A stretch of 64,000 nucleotides of DNA from Mizuhopecten yessoensis (lineage: Eukaryota): the NCBI RefSeq assembly GCF_002113885.1, contig NW_018407426.1, positions 1,362,908-1,426,907 of the forward strand, in the 5' to 3' direction. The position numbers and the translations under genes are program-made. Positions 26,850 through 40,262 of this stretch are shown here, in pieces (position 1 is the stretch's first letter; the number at the start of each line of letters is the position of its first letter). Under the pieces are notes generated by a model that was not told the origin of the DNA, did no database searches, and was given only the letters and a program-made list of their open reading frames with translations.

Positions 26850-28560
26850 GACGCCGGTGGATCAGATTACGTGCTCAATTTGACCTCAGGAATGTTTACA
26901 TTTCGCTAACTTCATGAAAAAGTTTTATGCAAAATTGCAGATTTACCCATAACGCTAATTTCTCAGCTAGACGATCTCTCTCGCTGACGTTGGGTAACCT
27001 GGAACGGTCCCTCACAGGAGGGGAGTTCATCCTGATGTTAGCCGGGTACATAATGCATTCTCGTATATTCTTCAAGTTTACAGTTACACGTAAACTGAAA
27101 CAGGAAATGCTAACTTTGTCCTACTTTCCTATTTCCGGTTTATAATGCTAGTTCCGCAGCAACGGTGTAGTATTTCCGTTGCCACAGTTACCGCGTCTCA
27201 CTGAAATGCTGTGCTATCGGAAAGCACTTGTGCATGTCTCGTGAACGTGTTTACTGTGCGTGTGCATACATTCCTAAGGCACGTGTGTTGTTACATTGAT
27301 ACAATGTTTATAAAACAATATATCGATTAAAGACCAACAATGTCACAAATTGTGAAAAACATTGTTCTACATTTAAATTAGTCGGGGTCCACCCGGCGTA
27401 TCCATGTGTCTATCTGGTCTGACCGGGGTAAAATATGAAGTGTTAAAAACCGGAATTGATCTGCATATGAATGGCGACAATAGAACGAAAGACTGACAGT
27501 GCGTCAGCATGCGTGTGACTCGGTATGGTAAATGTAGTAGGACAAATCACAAATATAAACAAATAAAAATAGCCACCTGTATCACTCGTTCCAAGCGATG
27601 ATCACGATCCTCAAGTGACATTTGTCCTGCTTGAAGCACCTCAAAGCTAGCAATCGAGGGTCCCCCACATATGCGTTAAAGTGTCACAGAAATCCCCAGA
27701 GCAGATGTTGGGTATGCCCCACCTTCCTACGTAAGACAGGAAGACCCGTCAATATCCCGAGTTATCTCCTATCGATGTACGGTGAATACGATATCCCAGG
27801 TGGCGTAGATGGCACATGGGTATAATTTTACCGATCTGCAGGTCTACACATGCCGACACAGCCAGCGGGACAAATGTATATATTTACCTACTTGGACCTT
27901 TAACGAGAGCCAATACACAACCACTAATTAAATACACAGCTTTCACTTAGTCAATCGCTGTACCATTATTATTTTCCAATTACAAGCCAATCCATATTTG
28001 GTGTGTGTGTATTATGTACCCAATCACTGAAGTCTAGTAAGGTGAGTATGAGAATGGAAAGCAGCCAAACGGATTACTCATAAAGGAGTTCAAACAAATT
28101 TGAAAATTGCATTTTCTGATTTCAAAAAACGGGGTATTATGAATTGTTTTATTGAAATTGAAAACAACGCGTCTATTGACCTTTGTTTTTTCAACACACG
28201 CGTTTTTGTTATGAGGCACTGGTGCACGCACCATGCATGTCTGTTATCGAACATAAAACTCGCCACTTAAGGTTTTTATCGATCTTGTATGTAGGTAAAA
28301 CTCATTTATATCGCGGCAACTTTTATACCTACACACACAGCCCGCTACACGATCGTGACGTTCATTAACTGATAAGGATTTATCCCGATAATCAATTCAA
28401 AATAAAATAAGCAAAACTTGCTGGCGATCCCGGCAAACTAAACTCGCGAAGACATTTAACGTCCCAAATAACTGTGTAAAAGGGAAAGAAAAAACAAATA
28501 GCATTGTTGTGTCAGCAACAGAATGGCGGTCGCCGGACGGCCGGTTCGTCGAAGCCTTTA
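26850..28560. promoter_or_regulatory. Relatively CpG-rich region with X-box-like motifs; possible internal CROCC promoter or enhancer
   Basis: CpG is visibly more frequent than in the surrounding intron. Motifs: gttccgcagcaac (27151), gttgccacagttac (27178), gttgtgtcagcaac (28506), and a GC patch atggcggtcgccggacggccgg near 28523. Confidence 0.35.
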
Positions 28561-30447
28561 TTTTAATCACAATACTTTCTCACGAAAAATACAAGATTGT
28601 CGGTCATTTGTTATTTCTTTCCAACTAAATACATGTATTCGCCTCCGACATGTATTGGGAATAATACTCTGTAATCCTAAAATCTCTTATTGAGATTAAT
28701 CTTTCCTATTAATAATCGCTATGAACTTATTAAGGAGAGCCTAAGAATTCATTTAGTTTAAACTTCATTTTATTGATGTTAAATTACAATGGTCCATGGT
28801 TATAAATACAGAAAAGGATCCAGAAACAAGTACATAGTACTTATGTAAATCCGTCTCCATATAGACATAACAGCAGCTATGGATCAGTACTGACAATATT
28901 ATAATTCATATAAATAAATATATATATATATAAAGTATAACATGTGCAGGGAAAAGAAAGAGAAAGGGTGCAAGGATTTATAGTGGGATGGGGATGATGT
29001 TTGATGGGAAAGCGATGGGCATCAAAACTGCATTGAAAGAATTAATTTGGGCTTGACCAGCAGAACAAAATGGTGCTGGTTTTTCTTTAATGTAATTTAC
29101 TATTTAAAATACTAGATAGGGCGTTCTCATTAGCGGTAACATTACGTGACGTTAAAAGAAAATTTTGAGACGTAAATTTTATATCTTTTATGAAGAGGAA
29201 GTGTATTTATGTTTCCCAAATCGCTTTTCAATGCCACAGAATGAGACTATAAGTTATGATAAATAAATCACTGATATATTATACTGAATGTGTTGATTCA
29301 TCAAGAAAGATTTGCAATTGAGCGAAGTTCTTTTTTTTTACTCTAAACCATGAAAATGCAGACTAAATTATTTTTATATTGGCTGTACCTCATCAAACAT
29401 GGGCGAAGAGAGAAATGAAATTCTAACAAAAAAAGTTCTAATGAATAATCATTTATCTACATATATTCAGATAGCCCGTCATCAGTGCAGTTTATGGCAC
29501 AAAAACACAACCTTTCGCATTAGATATGCCGAGTCTCTATAGTATAGAATGCTGTCAATGTGTTTAATATATTGATTACATGGCCAGGCTTCTTGGAATT
29601 ACGTCTTTTATTCCGGGACATATGTTAATTGTTAGGTAATAAAAAGACATCCGTGTAAAATCGTATTATCGCTGCACTATTCAGTGCCGTCACGATCTAC
29701 CGGCCCTGGGTCGATCAAAGTTATTATTACCGATTTAATAATTAATCACATTTTGCGCAACAAATCTCGTTATGGAATAAATGTGTGGAATCTTTTGTCC
29801 AGTAATGATATCTCCATGGAGTTTTATACCCAATTCACAATGTAACCTGCGATGAACGATTGCTGATGAGAAAATACCGAAGTGTGCTAGAGTTACTTCC
29901 CTTGGTTAAAAAAAATGACTAGAAAATGGCATGGAAAATGGCGTCCCTTTGATCTTCAAGCTTTTCAAAACTGCATTATTTAAACTGGCTCATGAATGTA
30001 AAACAAAATGAAAATTTTAATACTGTTTAAGGACAGATTTTAATATGTTTATTTCAATAAATTTGAACTTAATTTAACTAGAAACAATTGCATTTTATAG
30101 GCAAAACGTTAACATCGCTGCCATCCACGAAAAGCCCTCGATGAAAAGCCGGTTATCATTAACAGCAATTAAAACCCGCTTACAAACTACCATTAGACCC
30201 GTGTGTATTGTACAGAAGTTAACGTTATAGTAAGCTTCCTTCTGCTTACCTTCCCGTTCGTTTCTCTTCTATCAAAAATTATAATATATTTATGATATGA
30301 GAAAAGAACCTTAGAACGCTGCATTTGCAGGTGACAAAATATGCCTGATCCAGATGTACTCTGCGCGAATCACTTCTATCTTAGTAGGTACTAGTGTCCC
30401 TGTGTGGTTCAGTTAGACAGATGTGATTCGTCCTATTCCCGGCTAAC

Positions 30448-30600
30448 TTATTCCGTCTTTGTGTATTGCAGAGTTATCTTCTCTTGAGAGCAGGTATTGA
30501 TTGTTACGTCATTGGTTCGTGTGAGAAAATGACGTCGTTTTCTCAAAAATTGATGACGTTACTCTCAGAATAACAATTGCAATACACAAAGACGGAATAA
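30448..30600. mobile_element. 153-bp MITE
   Basis: Perfect 23-bp TIR: ttattccgtctttgtgtattgca / tgcaatacacaaagacggaataa. Confidence 0.75.
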
Positions 30601-31466
30601 CTTCTGTTCGGTTTCCCATCCAAACTATAAGTAACTATTACGTTGTGTGCTCTCTAACGGGTTGTTTTCTAGCCAATAGATCACTCATCGCCTGCTTTGG
30701 GAGACATTGTTTTCCAGATAACACATTTTCCCCCTCTATCTGTATTTTATTTCAACCGCACATGCCTACCGTAATTCAATCTTAAAAGAGCGTGATAGTT
30801 GTGACTACAGATGGAGATATTATTCAAATTATTTTGAAATAACACACTGGTTTTACTCAGACAATATACATACATTATGTTAAACCGGGTATACCGTTCG
30901 TATTACACTGAGTTCTAAAGATTTGATAATTTTTAGTTACTTCATACCAAATACGGCGATGAAACATAACAAAATATAAGTACAATTTCATATCGAATAG
31001 GCAAGATTGGCGAATGGAAACAATAATTCATTAACTTAACAACAATTTTCGCTTATGGGATGCATGCACGAGCTATTTGTCATGAGGGTAGCAAGCGCGT
31101 AAGTACATAGATTTCTGTATAAATTAATCTGTAAACTGAGCTTCTACGATAAAATACTTTTTTGTTTAAATATACTTTTAAACTGCCGGTCATACACAGA
31201 AAGTGCAATCATGATTTCTCCTCAATATCATGATCATTACAAAAGGTGTTTGGTTTCTCTATTAAAGACAGTACACCTTTCCATTTCAATAGAACGTTAT
31301 GAGATTGTATAGATCACATAAAACTGTCGGATACCCTAGCGGTATAGTTGAAAGGAAACTACGGATGTGTTGTATACCGTTTTTGTTATGGATTACTTGT
31401 ATAAAAAAATGTCACTAAATGTCGCCTGATCAATAACATGTTTACATGACTTAACCAAGAGAACAC

Positions 31467-31783
31467 CATCCTCGACACTCCACGGGTTATACGCTCACTT
31501 ACGCTCTCTGCACCCCTGGAACATGTCATTGCAAAATTGAAGGCTAGTGTACACTAGTTTGATCCTTTGATGTACTTCAAAAGAATCTCGCGGTCGCGTA
31601 ACGGTAAAACTTATTGGCTTTGAAGTCAGGCGTCGCTCTTCTGTAATCTTCAAAGCCTAGTAATTGGTCAGGTTTTTTCACCTGACACCAATCAAATAGC
31701 TAGCCGCGTGCGTTCAGTTTTGCTATGACATATTCAGGGGTGCAGAGAGCGAAAATGAGCGTAACCCCTGGATATCGAGGATG
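31467..31783. mobile_element. MITE with long imperfect TIRs
   Basis: catcctcga...cgctctctgcacccctg...tgtcattgcaaaa pairs with ttttgctatgaca...caggggtgcagagagcg...tcgaggatg. Confidence 0.75.
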
Positions 31784-34086
31784 CCTTGGACCTTAATTAA
31801 GTTATCTTTCCAACTCATCTTTACGAAAACTTAGCTGTAGGAAGCGTAACTCATTGTCCAACGGATATATATTTTGGACAGTAATAGGGTCATTGGCCTG
31901 TAAATGTTCTAAACTATAAATCGAAAGGACAATTAGTTATGCTTCCGGCAGCTAAGGAAGTTAAAGTTGCCAAACTTCTTCATAAGTTACATAGCCTTAA
32001 AATGTAGTGGCTTGTTTCAATAATGAAACCAATATTTGACCATAAATTTTTTCCCCCCAAGTAGTGTAAATGCTACTCACAGAACGTCTACAAACAATAG
32101 AACTGCTGATTTGCAGATCCAGTCGTACTTGGCACGTTTCCCTACATCTCTACAATGGCTTGCGAATCTATTCAACCGAAGCTTTGTGACTGAGCCAGCT
32201 AAAACAAAGCGCTGGCCAGAATTCGTAACAACGGCGGGATAGGTTTTAGTGTGGGGACACAATCGGAGTCGAACTAGCTGAAAAACACGGGTCACAGATA
32301 ATGACGACAGAGATGAGTTATTAATCTGTGGACTAAGTTCCTGCTAACATTGACGATACTATTAACAGTGTCTTACATCACATTTCTGGAAAAAAATAGT
32401 AAATGGTGGATAATGTTTTATCCGGGGACCAATGTATTGAATCTTGTGTATACCAGTGTCGTGGGAATATCGTATGCATAGCCATTCAAGACAATATTAG
32501 CAACTGGTGCCGTATTAACAGTTTATTAATACGATAATAGAAGAATGCTTTTCACATAAAACTTGTATTTTATTAATTAATAGAAAAACTCAAGAAAGTT
32601 CTGTGTTTCAAACTATTACAAATAAAAATACACATAGCCTTTTCAATATCAAGTCTCTGGCGAGTTATTCATGTCGAACGGCTCGCCAATAAATCATGTA
32701 ATCTTGCAGGGTAGGTATAGTAGCTGACAAGACTAATGCGCTGGCTAAAGCAAGACACTGTATTGCATTCACAAACCCGTGCGGCGGTCAAAGGTCTCTA
32801 CTTCGAGAAAAATCTACCAAACACAGACATTTAAAAGCATGGATTTATTGGGATTTAAATTTGACAATTTAGATTAAATAGTGATAAATCCTCCTGTTAA
32901 ATATCCAGACAATATCGGAACATTAACACTTGGGTAAGAAACGGTGAACTCGCGATAAAAAAAATCGCAGTCACTTTTGGTAGTGGAAATATTCTTGCAA
33001 ACAACGTCAATCCTCGTACGACTCGTATGAAACGCATTGTTAATATATTCTTATTTGTGTATTTATTTATTTGACTATTTTACATTACTACGTACAGCAT
33101 AATACGACTTGATTCTGTACAAACTGTAATAAAAACTGATGTAACAAGCTGATGTCATGTTAGTGAGCCGCACACAAATTACAGCGTCGATGTATAAGGC
33201 TGGGTAACAGTTAATTCCCTATCTTCGGAGAAGGTTATTATGACCGTATTGAAACTTACTCGTTATTCTGAAATACCAGCATGCGCGATTAGCTAGACCA
33301 CTTTAAATCCGGATTAGGTAGTCAACATGGTTTCATGAGGATGGTAGAATCCCAATATACATTTAAATCGTCTGACAATTTCGCTGTTCGCATAACACCA
33401 TGGATTATGAGGATCATATGAATGGGCTATATGAGCACTGCATTTGACTTAAAACATGTCTTTTGTGTGAACTAAGCTATCTAAATTAACGTCTGCCAAA
33501 CAACTTTGCGTTATTCACAGAACAAAGCGCGAAATAAGTGTTCATATATATAGGTTTAGGGTCAGAAACATGCACTAATTAATTAAAATATTACAACAAC
33601 TGCACATGTTTCTGTAAAAAGGGGGGACTTGTTAAAGTAATATTTGATAAGGTTGGTAAGTCGAACCACCTTTGCAACATAAGCTAAAATTCTACAGTAG
33701 CCCAAATACAGTAGGTCTAGTAGGACTACAAATAATCTGCCCGATATTTGTCTTATAGTGCTATTGTCTGATAAACTCAAAAGATCAGTCGGAATAGCAA
33801 TACACAAAACAAATATAAGGCTATTGAAATTTGGCAAATGCCAATTTACTCGATCAATAGACCTCGATCGATTGTAAAGGACCTGGCCGTGCGAATGATA
33901 AACCTGACCAGGTTTGTCCTATCGTCAAATAAGCCACCTAAAATCACCCCATAAACTTGCAATTTTGACCTCGAATTCATTACAAAAATCGTTATTTTGT
34001 AAGATTTGCACAAGCATGATAAAATGCGACTTGTAACAATGTAATTAAAGGGCTGAAATGCCCCATCTCTAAAAATATTTACTCAC

Positions 34087-34170
34087 CCCGAGGATAGCAG
34101 ACGCTTTTTCCTCGTCACCAAGTTCGTACAGATAATGTCACCTCCTAGACTGAAGAGCGCATGACAGGTG
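34087..34170 (-). other. CROCC: Probable non-coding 5' exon of CROCC (5' boundary approximate)
   Basis: CpG-containing stretch ending in the donor GGG|gtgagt (34086-34081). No productive ATG. A minus-strand CCAAT at 34190-34194 lies just upstream, head-to-head with PEX2. Confidence 0.5.
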
Positions 34171-34437
34171 TTGTGTTACGATTAATTTGATTGGCTTATT
34201 TGTCCGAACGAATTTATTTAGTTTTAAATATAAAAATATGTAATTAAGAAAGTATATGATTATTTTTATATATTTCGTCCAAATTATATAGACAATACAT
34301 CTAATCAAATACACGTATAAGTTATTTGGACTATGCCCGGTGCTATCACTGCTTAAACGTGTCAAGACCTGCATGAAGATATTGACCAATCACATATATT
34401 TTTACAAACGAGCACTTGGCGCGGTAGATAAACAAAT
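34170..34437. promoter_or_regulatory. Bidirectional promoter between the CROCC 5' exon and PEX2
   Basis: Oppositely oriented CCAAT boxes (ATTGG 34190-34194; CCAAT 34386-34390) flank an AT-rich spacer. About 350 bp separate the minus-strand donor from the PEX2 ATG. Confidence 0.6.
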
Positions 34438-34488
34438 ATGGCGACTACCAGGAAGGAGACACCCATTCCTGCCCTTCGCGTCAGCCAG
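34438..34488 (+). CDS. PEX2: Peroxin-2 (peroxisomal RING E3 ligase), coding exon 1: MATTRKETPIPALRVSQ
   Basis: ATG at 34438 and donor CAG|gtttgt. LRVSQ joins LDAAELD of exon 2 to give the PEX2 N-terminal motif LR(I/V)SQLDAxEL. Confidence 0.9.
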
Positions 34489-35809
34489 GTTTGTAAGCTC
34501 TGTGTGAAATGTATTTGTTTTTAGAATCGATCCGCATAAACCCCTTGCTATATAGTAAATACATTACGCACTGTCAAAGCATTAATATGACTCCGTATAC
34601 TCGAAAACAGTATAAGGAACTGCTTCATATAAAACACGTGTTGTAAGTTGACATTATTGTTAGAAACCGTTATTCATTTATTGTAATGACAATTTGATAT
34701 ATATGTTACTGGTTGATAACGTGTTGTGCTCGAGACATGGTTATTTATACATAATAGTATATAAGATACAGATTGGACTACATGTATTTGTATGTACTAA
34801 CACATCGAAGACGAATTTGCTGCAGTATGTATGTTGTTTTGACCTACTGTACATGTGTATACTGTACTCAAACAGTGTTAGGGGTTTACACGGCGAGAAA
34901 CTTTTGACAGGCGTCGCAGTCGGCAAAATCATGTCCGATAGAAGAAAAAAAGCCGACCAGCAGCCTCTTATGTTATAGGAGTATAGTGTATATAGAGTGA
35001 TCTTAGACTTTTCCAGGGTTTAGATCAACACCCAGCCTTGTATTATATTTGAAACATTGAAATAACATTTGTTTTTGGATGAAACAGAGATTATGTCTGC
35101 CTAAGTCTATTTTGTGTAGATATAGACAGATAATATTGAAAGATTGTTGCCAGAAATAGTTATTGACACATCTGTTATTAGTTGTTATATTAATCCCTAC
35201 ACATACGGATTGGTTCAAACATACCGTTTACTGTATAACAAATACTTAGATCTATCTGTGCAATTCTGTATATGATACACATTGGACTATTACAATTGTT
35301 CACAAAATATTGAAAATTACATTGATATGAATTGGAACTCCGGGTTATAACAGTTTCGTATTATTACTGCCCATGAATCACAGACAATGTTGTTATATAT
35401 GCAGGGACTGGCTGAAATTAAGTTTATATATTTAAATTTTGTCCTTAATAAATGTGTCCCCATCACATTTTTAAGCCAAAATAAATTGGGACATAAAACA
35501 GGTCAATAGATGTTTAGGAGGCACCAATGTTCTTCATGTCTAATTGCAGTAAAAAGGATAAAAGAGGAATAAGAAAATAATAAATTGTAAGGTGACCCAG
35601 TTCAATACTTGCTACCAGGTATCTTACAACAATGTTTTAATGATAAAATTAAAGAAATTGAAGCTAGAAATATTCATGGAATAATCCTGTTTAAACATCT
35701 ACGAGCACTGATCATGAAGAGCCCTGCTTATGGAGAAACAAGTGAATATAAAGAAAGAGTTGTTCCCCTTCACTGATTTAATGAATGCTTGCTTTATTGA
35801 TTGTTTCAG

Positions 35810-35887
35810 CTGGATGCTGCAGAACTTGACAATGAAGTTATCTCCCTTGTCAAGAGTCAGTTGATGCAATTGTTCAAATACCATCAG
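35810..35887 (+). CDS. PEX2: PEX2 coding exon 2: LDAAELDNEVISLVKSQLMQLFKYHQ
   Basis: Acceptor ttgtttcag|, donor CAG|gtaata, 78 nt, phase 0/0. Aligns by eye to human [22 protein letters not shown]. Confidence 0.92.
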
Positions 35888-36004
35888 GTAATAAATGGAT
35901 TTTATGATTAAACTATTTCTTTTTCTTTTTATAAAAGAAAGTTAAAATATTGAACAAATTCCTTGCTGTCCGAGCTTGTTGTCATTGTTTAAGAATCTGT
36001 CAGA

Positions 36005-37400
36005 AGGCTGAGTGAGGGAGTAAGTCTCTCAGCTTAATGAAGGAGTTAGTTTGTAGGCTGAGTTAAATATAAGGGAGTTAGCATGTTTGCGGAGTAAGGG
36101 AGTTAGCCTGTAAGCTTAGAATAGGGATTCGCCTGTAGCCTGAGTAAGTGAGCTTATGAAGCCTGTAGGGTGAGTGAGGAAGTTAACCTGTAGGCTGAGT
36201 AAGGTGTTAGCCTTAGGTTGAGTTAGGGAGTTGGCCTGTAGGCTGGGTAAAGGGGTTAGCCATGTAGGCTGAGTGAGGGGTTAGCCTGTAGGCTGAGTAA
36301 GAGTGGGGGTGGTATGAAGGCTAAGTGATGAAGGAGTTAGCCTGTAGCCTGAGTGAGAGAGCTTGTGGAAGCCTGTAAGGTGAGTGAAGGGGTTAGCCCT
36401 GTAGGCTGAGTGAAAGGGTTAGCCCTGTAGGCTGAGTGAAGGGGTTAGCCTGTAAGGTGAGTGAAGGGGTTAGCCTGTAAGCTGAGTGAAGGGGTTAGCC
36501 CTGTAGGCTGAGTGAAGGGGTTAGCCCTGTAGGCTGAGTGAAGGTGTTAGCCTTAGGTTGAGTTAGGGAGTTGGCCTGTAGGCTGAGTGAAGGGGTTAGC
36601 CCTGTAGGCTGAGTGAAGGGGTTAGCCTGTAAGTTAAGTAAGAGTGGGGGTGGTATGAAGGCAAAGTGATGAAGGAGTTAGCCTGTAGCCTGAGTGAGAG
36701 AGCTTGTGGAGGCCTGTAGCATGAGTGAAGGGGTTAGCTCTGTAAGCTGAATGAAGGGGTTAGCCTGTGGGTTGAGTGAAGGGATTAGCCCTGTAGGCTG
36801 AGTGACGAGGTTAGCCCTGTAAGCTGAGTGAAGGGGTTAGTCTGTAAGCTGAGTGAAAGGGTTAGTCATGTAGGGTGAGTGAAGGGGTTAGCCTGTGGGT
36901 TGAGTGAAGGGATTAGCCCTGTAGGCTGAGTGAAGGGGTTAGCCCTGTAAGCTGAGTGAAGGGGTTAGTCTGTAAGCTGAGTGAAAGGGTTAGTCATGTA
37001 GGGTGAGTGAAGGGGTTAGCCCTGTAGGCTGAGTGAAGGGGTAAGCCCTGTATGCTGAGTGAAGGGGTTAGTCTGTAAGTTGAGTGAAGGGGTTAGCCCT
37101 GTAAGCTGAGTGAAGGGGTTAGCCTGTGGGTTGAGTGAAGGGGTTAGCCCTGTAGGCTGAGTGAAGGGGTAAGCCCTGTAGGCTGAGTGAAGGGGTAGGC
37201 CCTGTATGCTGAGTGAAGGGGTTAGTCTGTAAGTTGAGTGAAGGGTTTAGACATGTAGGGTGAGTGAGGGGTTAGCCTGTAGGGTGAGCGAAGGGGTTAG
37301 CCATGTAGGCTGAGTGAGGGGTTAGCCTGTAGGGTGAGTGAGGGGTTAGCCTATACTATAGGGTGAGTGAAGGGGTTAGCCTGTTGGCTGAGTAATGTAA
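36005..37400. repeat. ~25-26-bp minisatellite in PEX2 intron 2
   Basis: Unit gagtgaaggggttagccctgtaggct. Confidence 0.95.
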
Positions 37401-37661
37401 GCATGTAGACTGAGTGAAGCATAAGACTATTCTCTGTATGAAGGGAGTAAACTGGAACGATTGTAAGAAAGAACATTTAGTAACAGTGCAAAAAATCTGC
37501 ATCAAAGATTATTCCTACAGCTTTTGGCGCTTACAGGGGTATACCTTCTTCATTTTCTGAATATTATATCTATATCAATGTTTGCTTAATTTTACATAAA
37601 CATTCAGTTTATTGACCAATGTTTGATACCATATATAAAAATACTTTCCCTGAACTTTCAG

Positions 37662-37724
37662 ACAAACACACTTGTGAAGTATGGACCAGAGGTGGACGCT
37701 CTTCTCAAAATCCTCATTTGGAAG
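37662..37724 (+). CDS. PEX2: PEX2 coding exon 3: TNTLVKYGPEVDALLKILIWK
   Basis: Acceptor actttcag|, donor AAG|gtaaga, 63 nt, phase 0/0. Aligns to human LARFEPEVKACLWVFLWR. Confidence 0.9.
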
Positions 37725-37859
37725 GTAAGACAATAATTTTGGGGTATACATTGGTATATATACATAAGTCCCCCGAAGAGTTGTTAAGCCACGAAAGACC
37801 TTGAGAATCAGTCTTCTTATGATTTTTCATTTTTTTTTAAATTTTCCTGTCACACAGAC

Positions 37860-38275
37860 TTTAATCTAATTTTATCACATAATAGGCCTGTTATCCGGTG
37901 AATTTGTCTGTGTAATATTGTTACATATGCCACTAGTGTAATATACCCTGGAGCGTTTTTCATTGGGTGTGCCAGTCAGAAATCAATTGTGACGTCATAA
38001 TATCGACAATGACCTGACGTCATAAATTGTGAATGGCGCAACAAAATGGCTGTCTCCGTTTGATTAAGCCCTCTACATTTTGGTTTTAAAACCTGTCAAA
38101 ATGTAAGTTTTCTGAGTTATGTGATAAAAAGTATCTTTAATTTGTTTTCATTTCATATGAGCTTTTATGAAACTTGTCTTGAAGTTTTAACTTTTGCTCG
38201 CAAAAATAAAAAAACTCTTAATACTCAATTCATAAAATCTCATATGAAATGAAAACTCATTTAAGCTCCTATATT
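37860..38275. mobile_element. Non-autonomous element with an internal inverted repeat and terminal hairpin (family uncertain)
   Basis: ttttatcacataa...ttatgtgataaaa inverted pair, then the hairpin ttttcatttcatatgag..ttttatgaa...ttcataaaatctcatatgaaatgaaaa. Paired tgacgtca motifs lie inside. Confidence 0.5.
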
Positions 38276-38958
38276 TCATATTTATAAATATATATATATA
38301 CTGTACATGTTTAACAAAAATGGTACCTAGACCAGCTACAGTATATACTTAAGGTGTTATACTATACTTAGGAACACTGCAGCACTCCAAGTATAATTAT
38401 ATTAATAATAATAATGATAAACTTTATTTATTGAAGATAAAAAACCTGTTTAGCAAAGCTAATCTTTCACAGGGTCCTCTGATAGTAAAAGGGTTAGTTA
38501 AAATCATGAAATAATATGATCAAAACGTAATTATTATCTTATGAATAGAAGGTTTACAGTTTTGTTATAAAAACAAACTAATATGAATGTGAAAGCCACT
38601 TTATTGAGGTGTATGTTGTTTCAACTGACCATTGGGTAGCTGGTCAAATAAACACTGGACAGTAGATCTAAGCCCATTGAAGTCATGTATGTAAATATTA
38701 TGCGTACAGAGTATACATAAGTATTTGTAGATTGGAATCGTCCTGATATGTGATCAGGTGTGTGTATAACCTTGTTTGACACTGGGTAGTATTTCCAATG
38801 GTTCTGTGTACAGTGTTAACATTGGCAGTGAACAGTGCATGGTTACTCTACAGGTCCTGCTGAATTGTCAGAAGGGGTGGTCACTCTAAACAGGTTTTAT
38901 TATTGTGAAAAAGGAATGATCTGTCAAGATAGAATCTTGTCTGATGGGAGAAGAGCTG

Positions 38959-40262
38959 ATAAAATGGCTGGTCTCTCAAAACAGAATCTACTGTACATAG
39001 AAAAGGGCTGTGGTCTCTTTAGAAAGGTTTTACTGTACTGACAAAATGGCTGGTCTCTCAAAACAGAATCTACTGTACATAGAAAAGGGCTGTGGTCTCT
39101 TTAGAAAGGTTTTACTGTACTGACAAAATGGCTGGTCTCTCAAAACAGAATCTACTGTACATAGAAAAGGGCTGTGGTCTCTTTAGAAAGGTTTTACTGT
39201 ACTGACAAAATGGCTGGTCTCTCAAAACAGAATCTACTGTACATAGAAAAGGGCTGTGGTCTCTTTAGAAAGGTTTTACTGTACTGACAAAATGGCTGGT
39301 TTCTCAAAACAGAATCTACCGTACTGACAAAAGGGCTGTGGTCTCTTTAGAAAGGTGTTACTGTACTGACAAACTGGCTGGTCTCTCAAAACAGAATCTA
39401 CTGTACTGACAAAATGGCGGTGGTCTCTTCAGAAAGGTTTTACTGTACTGACAAAATGGCTGGTCTCTTAAAACAGAATCTACTGTACTGACAAAAGGGC
39501 TTTGGTCTCTTTTAGAAAGGTTTTACTGTACTGACAAAATGGCTGATCTCTCAAAACAGAATATACCGTACTGACAAAAGGGCTGTGGTCTCTTTAGAAA
39601 GGTTTCACTGTACTGACAAAAGTTCTTTGGTTTCTTTAGAAAGGTTTTACTGTACTGACAAAATGGCTGTGGTCTCTTTAGAAAGGTTTTACTGTACTGA
39701 CAAAATGGCTGTGGTCTCTTTAGAAAGGTTTTACTGTACTGACAAAATGGCTGTGGTCTCTTTTAAAAGGTTTTACTGTACTGACAAAATGGCTGTGGTC
39801 TCTTTTAGAAAGGTTTTACTGTACTGACAAAATGGCTGATCTCTCAAAACAGAATATACCGTACTGACAAAAGGGCTGTGGTCTCTTTAGAAAGGTTTTA
39901 CTGTACTGACAAAAGGGCTTTGGTCTCTTTAGAAAGGTTTTACTGTACTGACAAAAGGGCTTTGGTCTCTTTAGAAAGGTTTTACTGTACTGACAAAATG
40001 GCTTTGGTCTCTTTAGAAAGGTTTTACTGTACTGACAAAATGGCTGTTCTCTCAAAACAGAATCTACTGTACTGACAAAATTGCTTTGGTCTCTTTAGAA
40101 AGGTTTAACTGTACTGACAAAATGGCTGGTCTCTCAAAACAGAATCTACTGTACTGACAAAATTGCTTTGGTCTCTTTAGAAAGGTTTAACTGTACTGAC
40201 AAAATGGCTGGTCTCTCAAAACAGAATCTACTGTACTGACAAAAGGACTGTGGTCTCTTTAA
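38959..40262. repeat. 40/42-bp two-monomer minisatellite
   Basis: Monomers actgtactgacaaaatggctggtctctcaaaacagaatct and actgtactgacaaaatggctgtggtctctttagaaaggtttt. Confidence 0.95.

Noticed and set aside
29117-30140. Possible ~1-kb old TIR element (agggcg... / ...agccct)
   Set aside because: The terminal similarity is too weak to support by eye.
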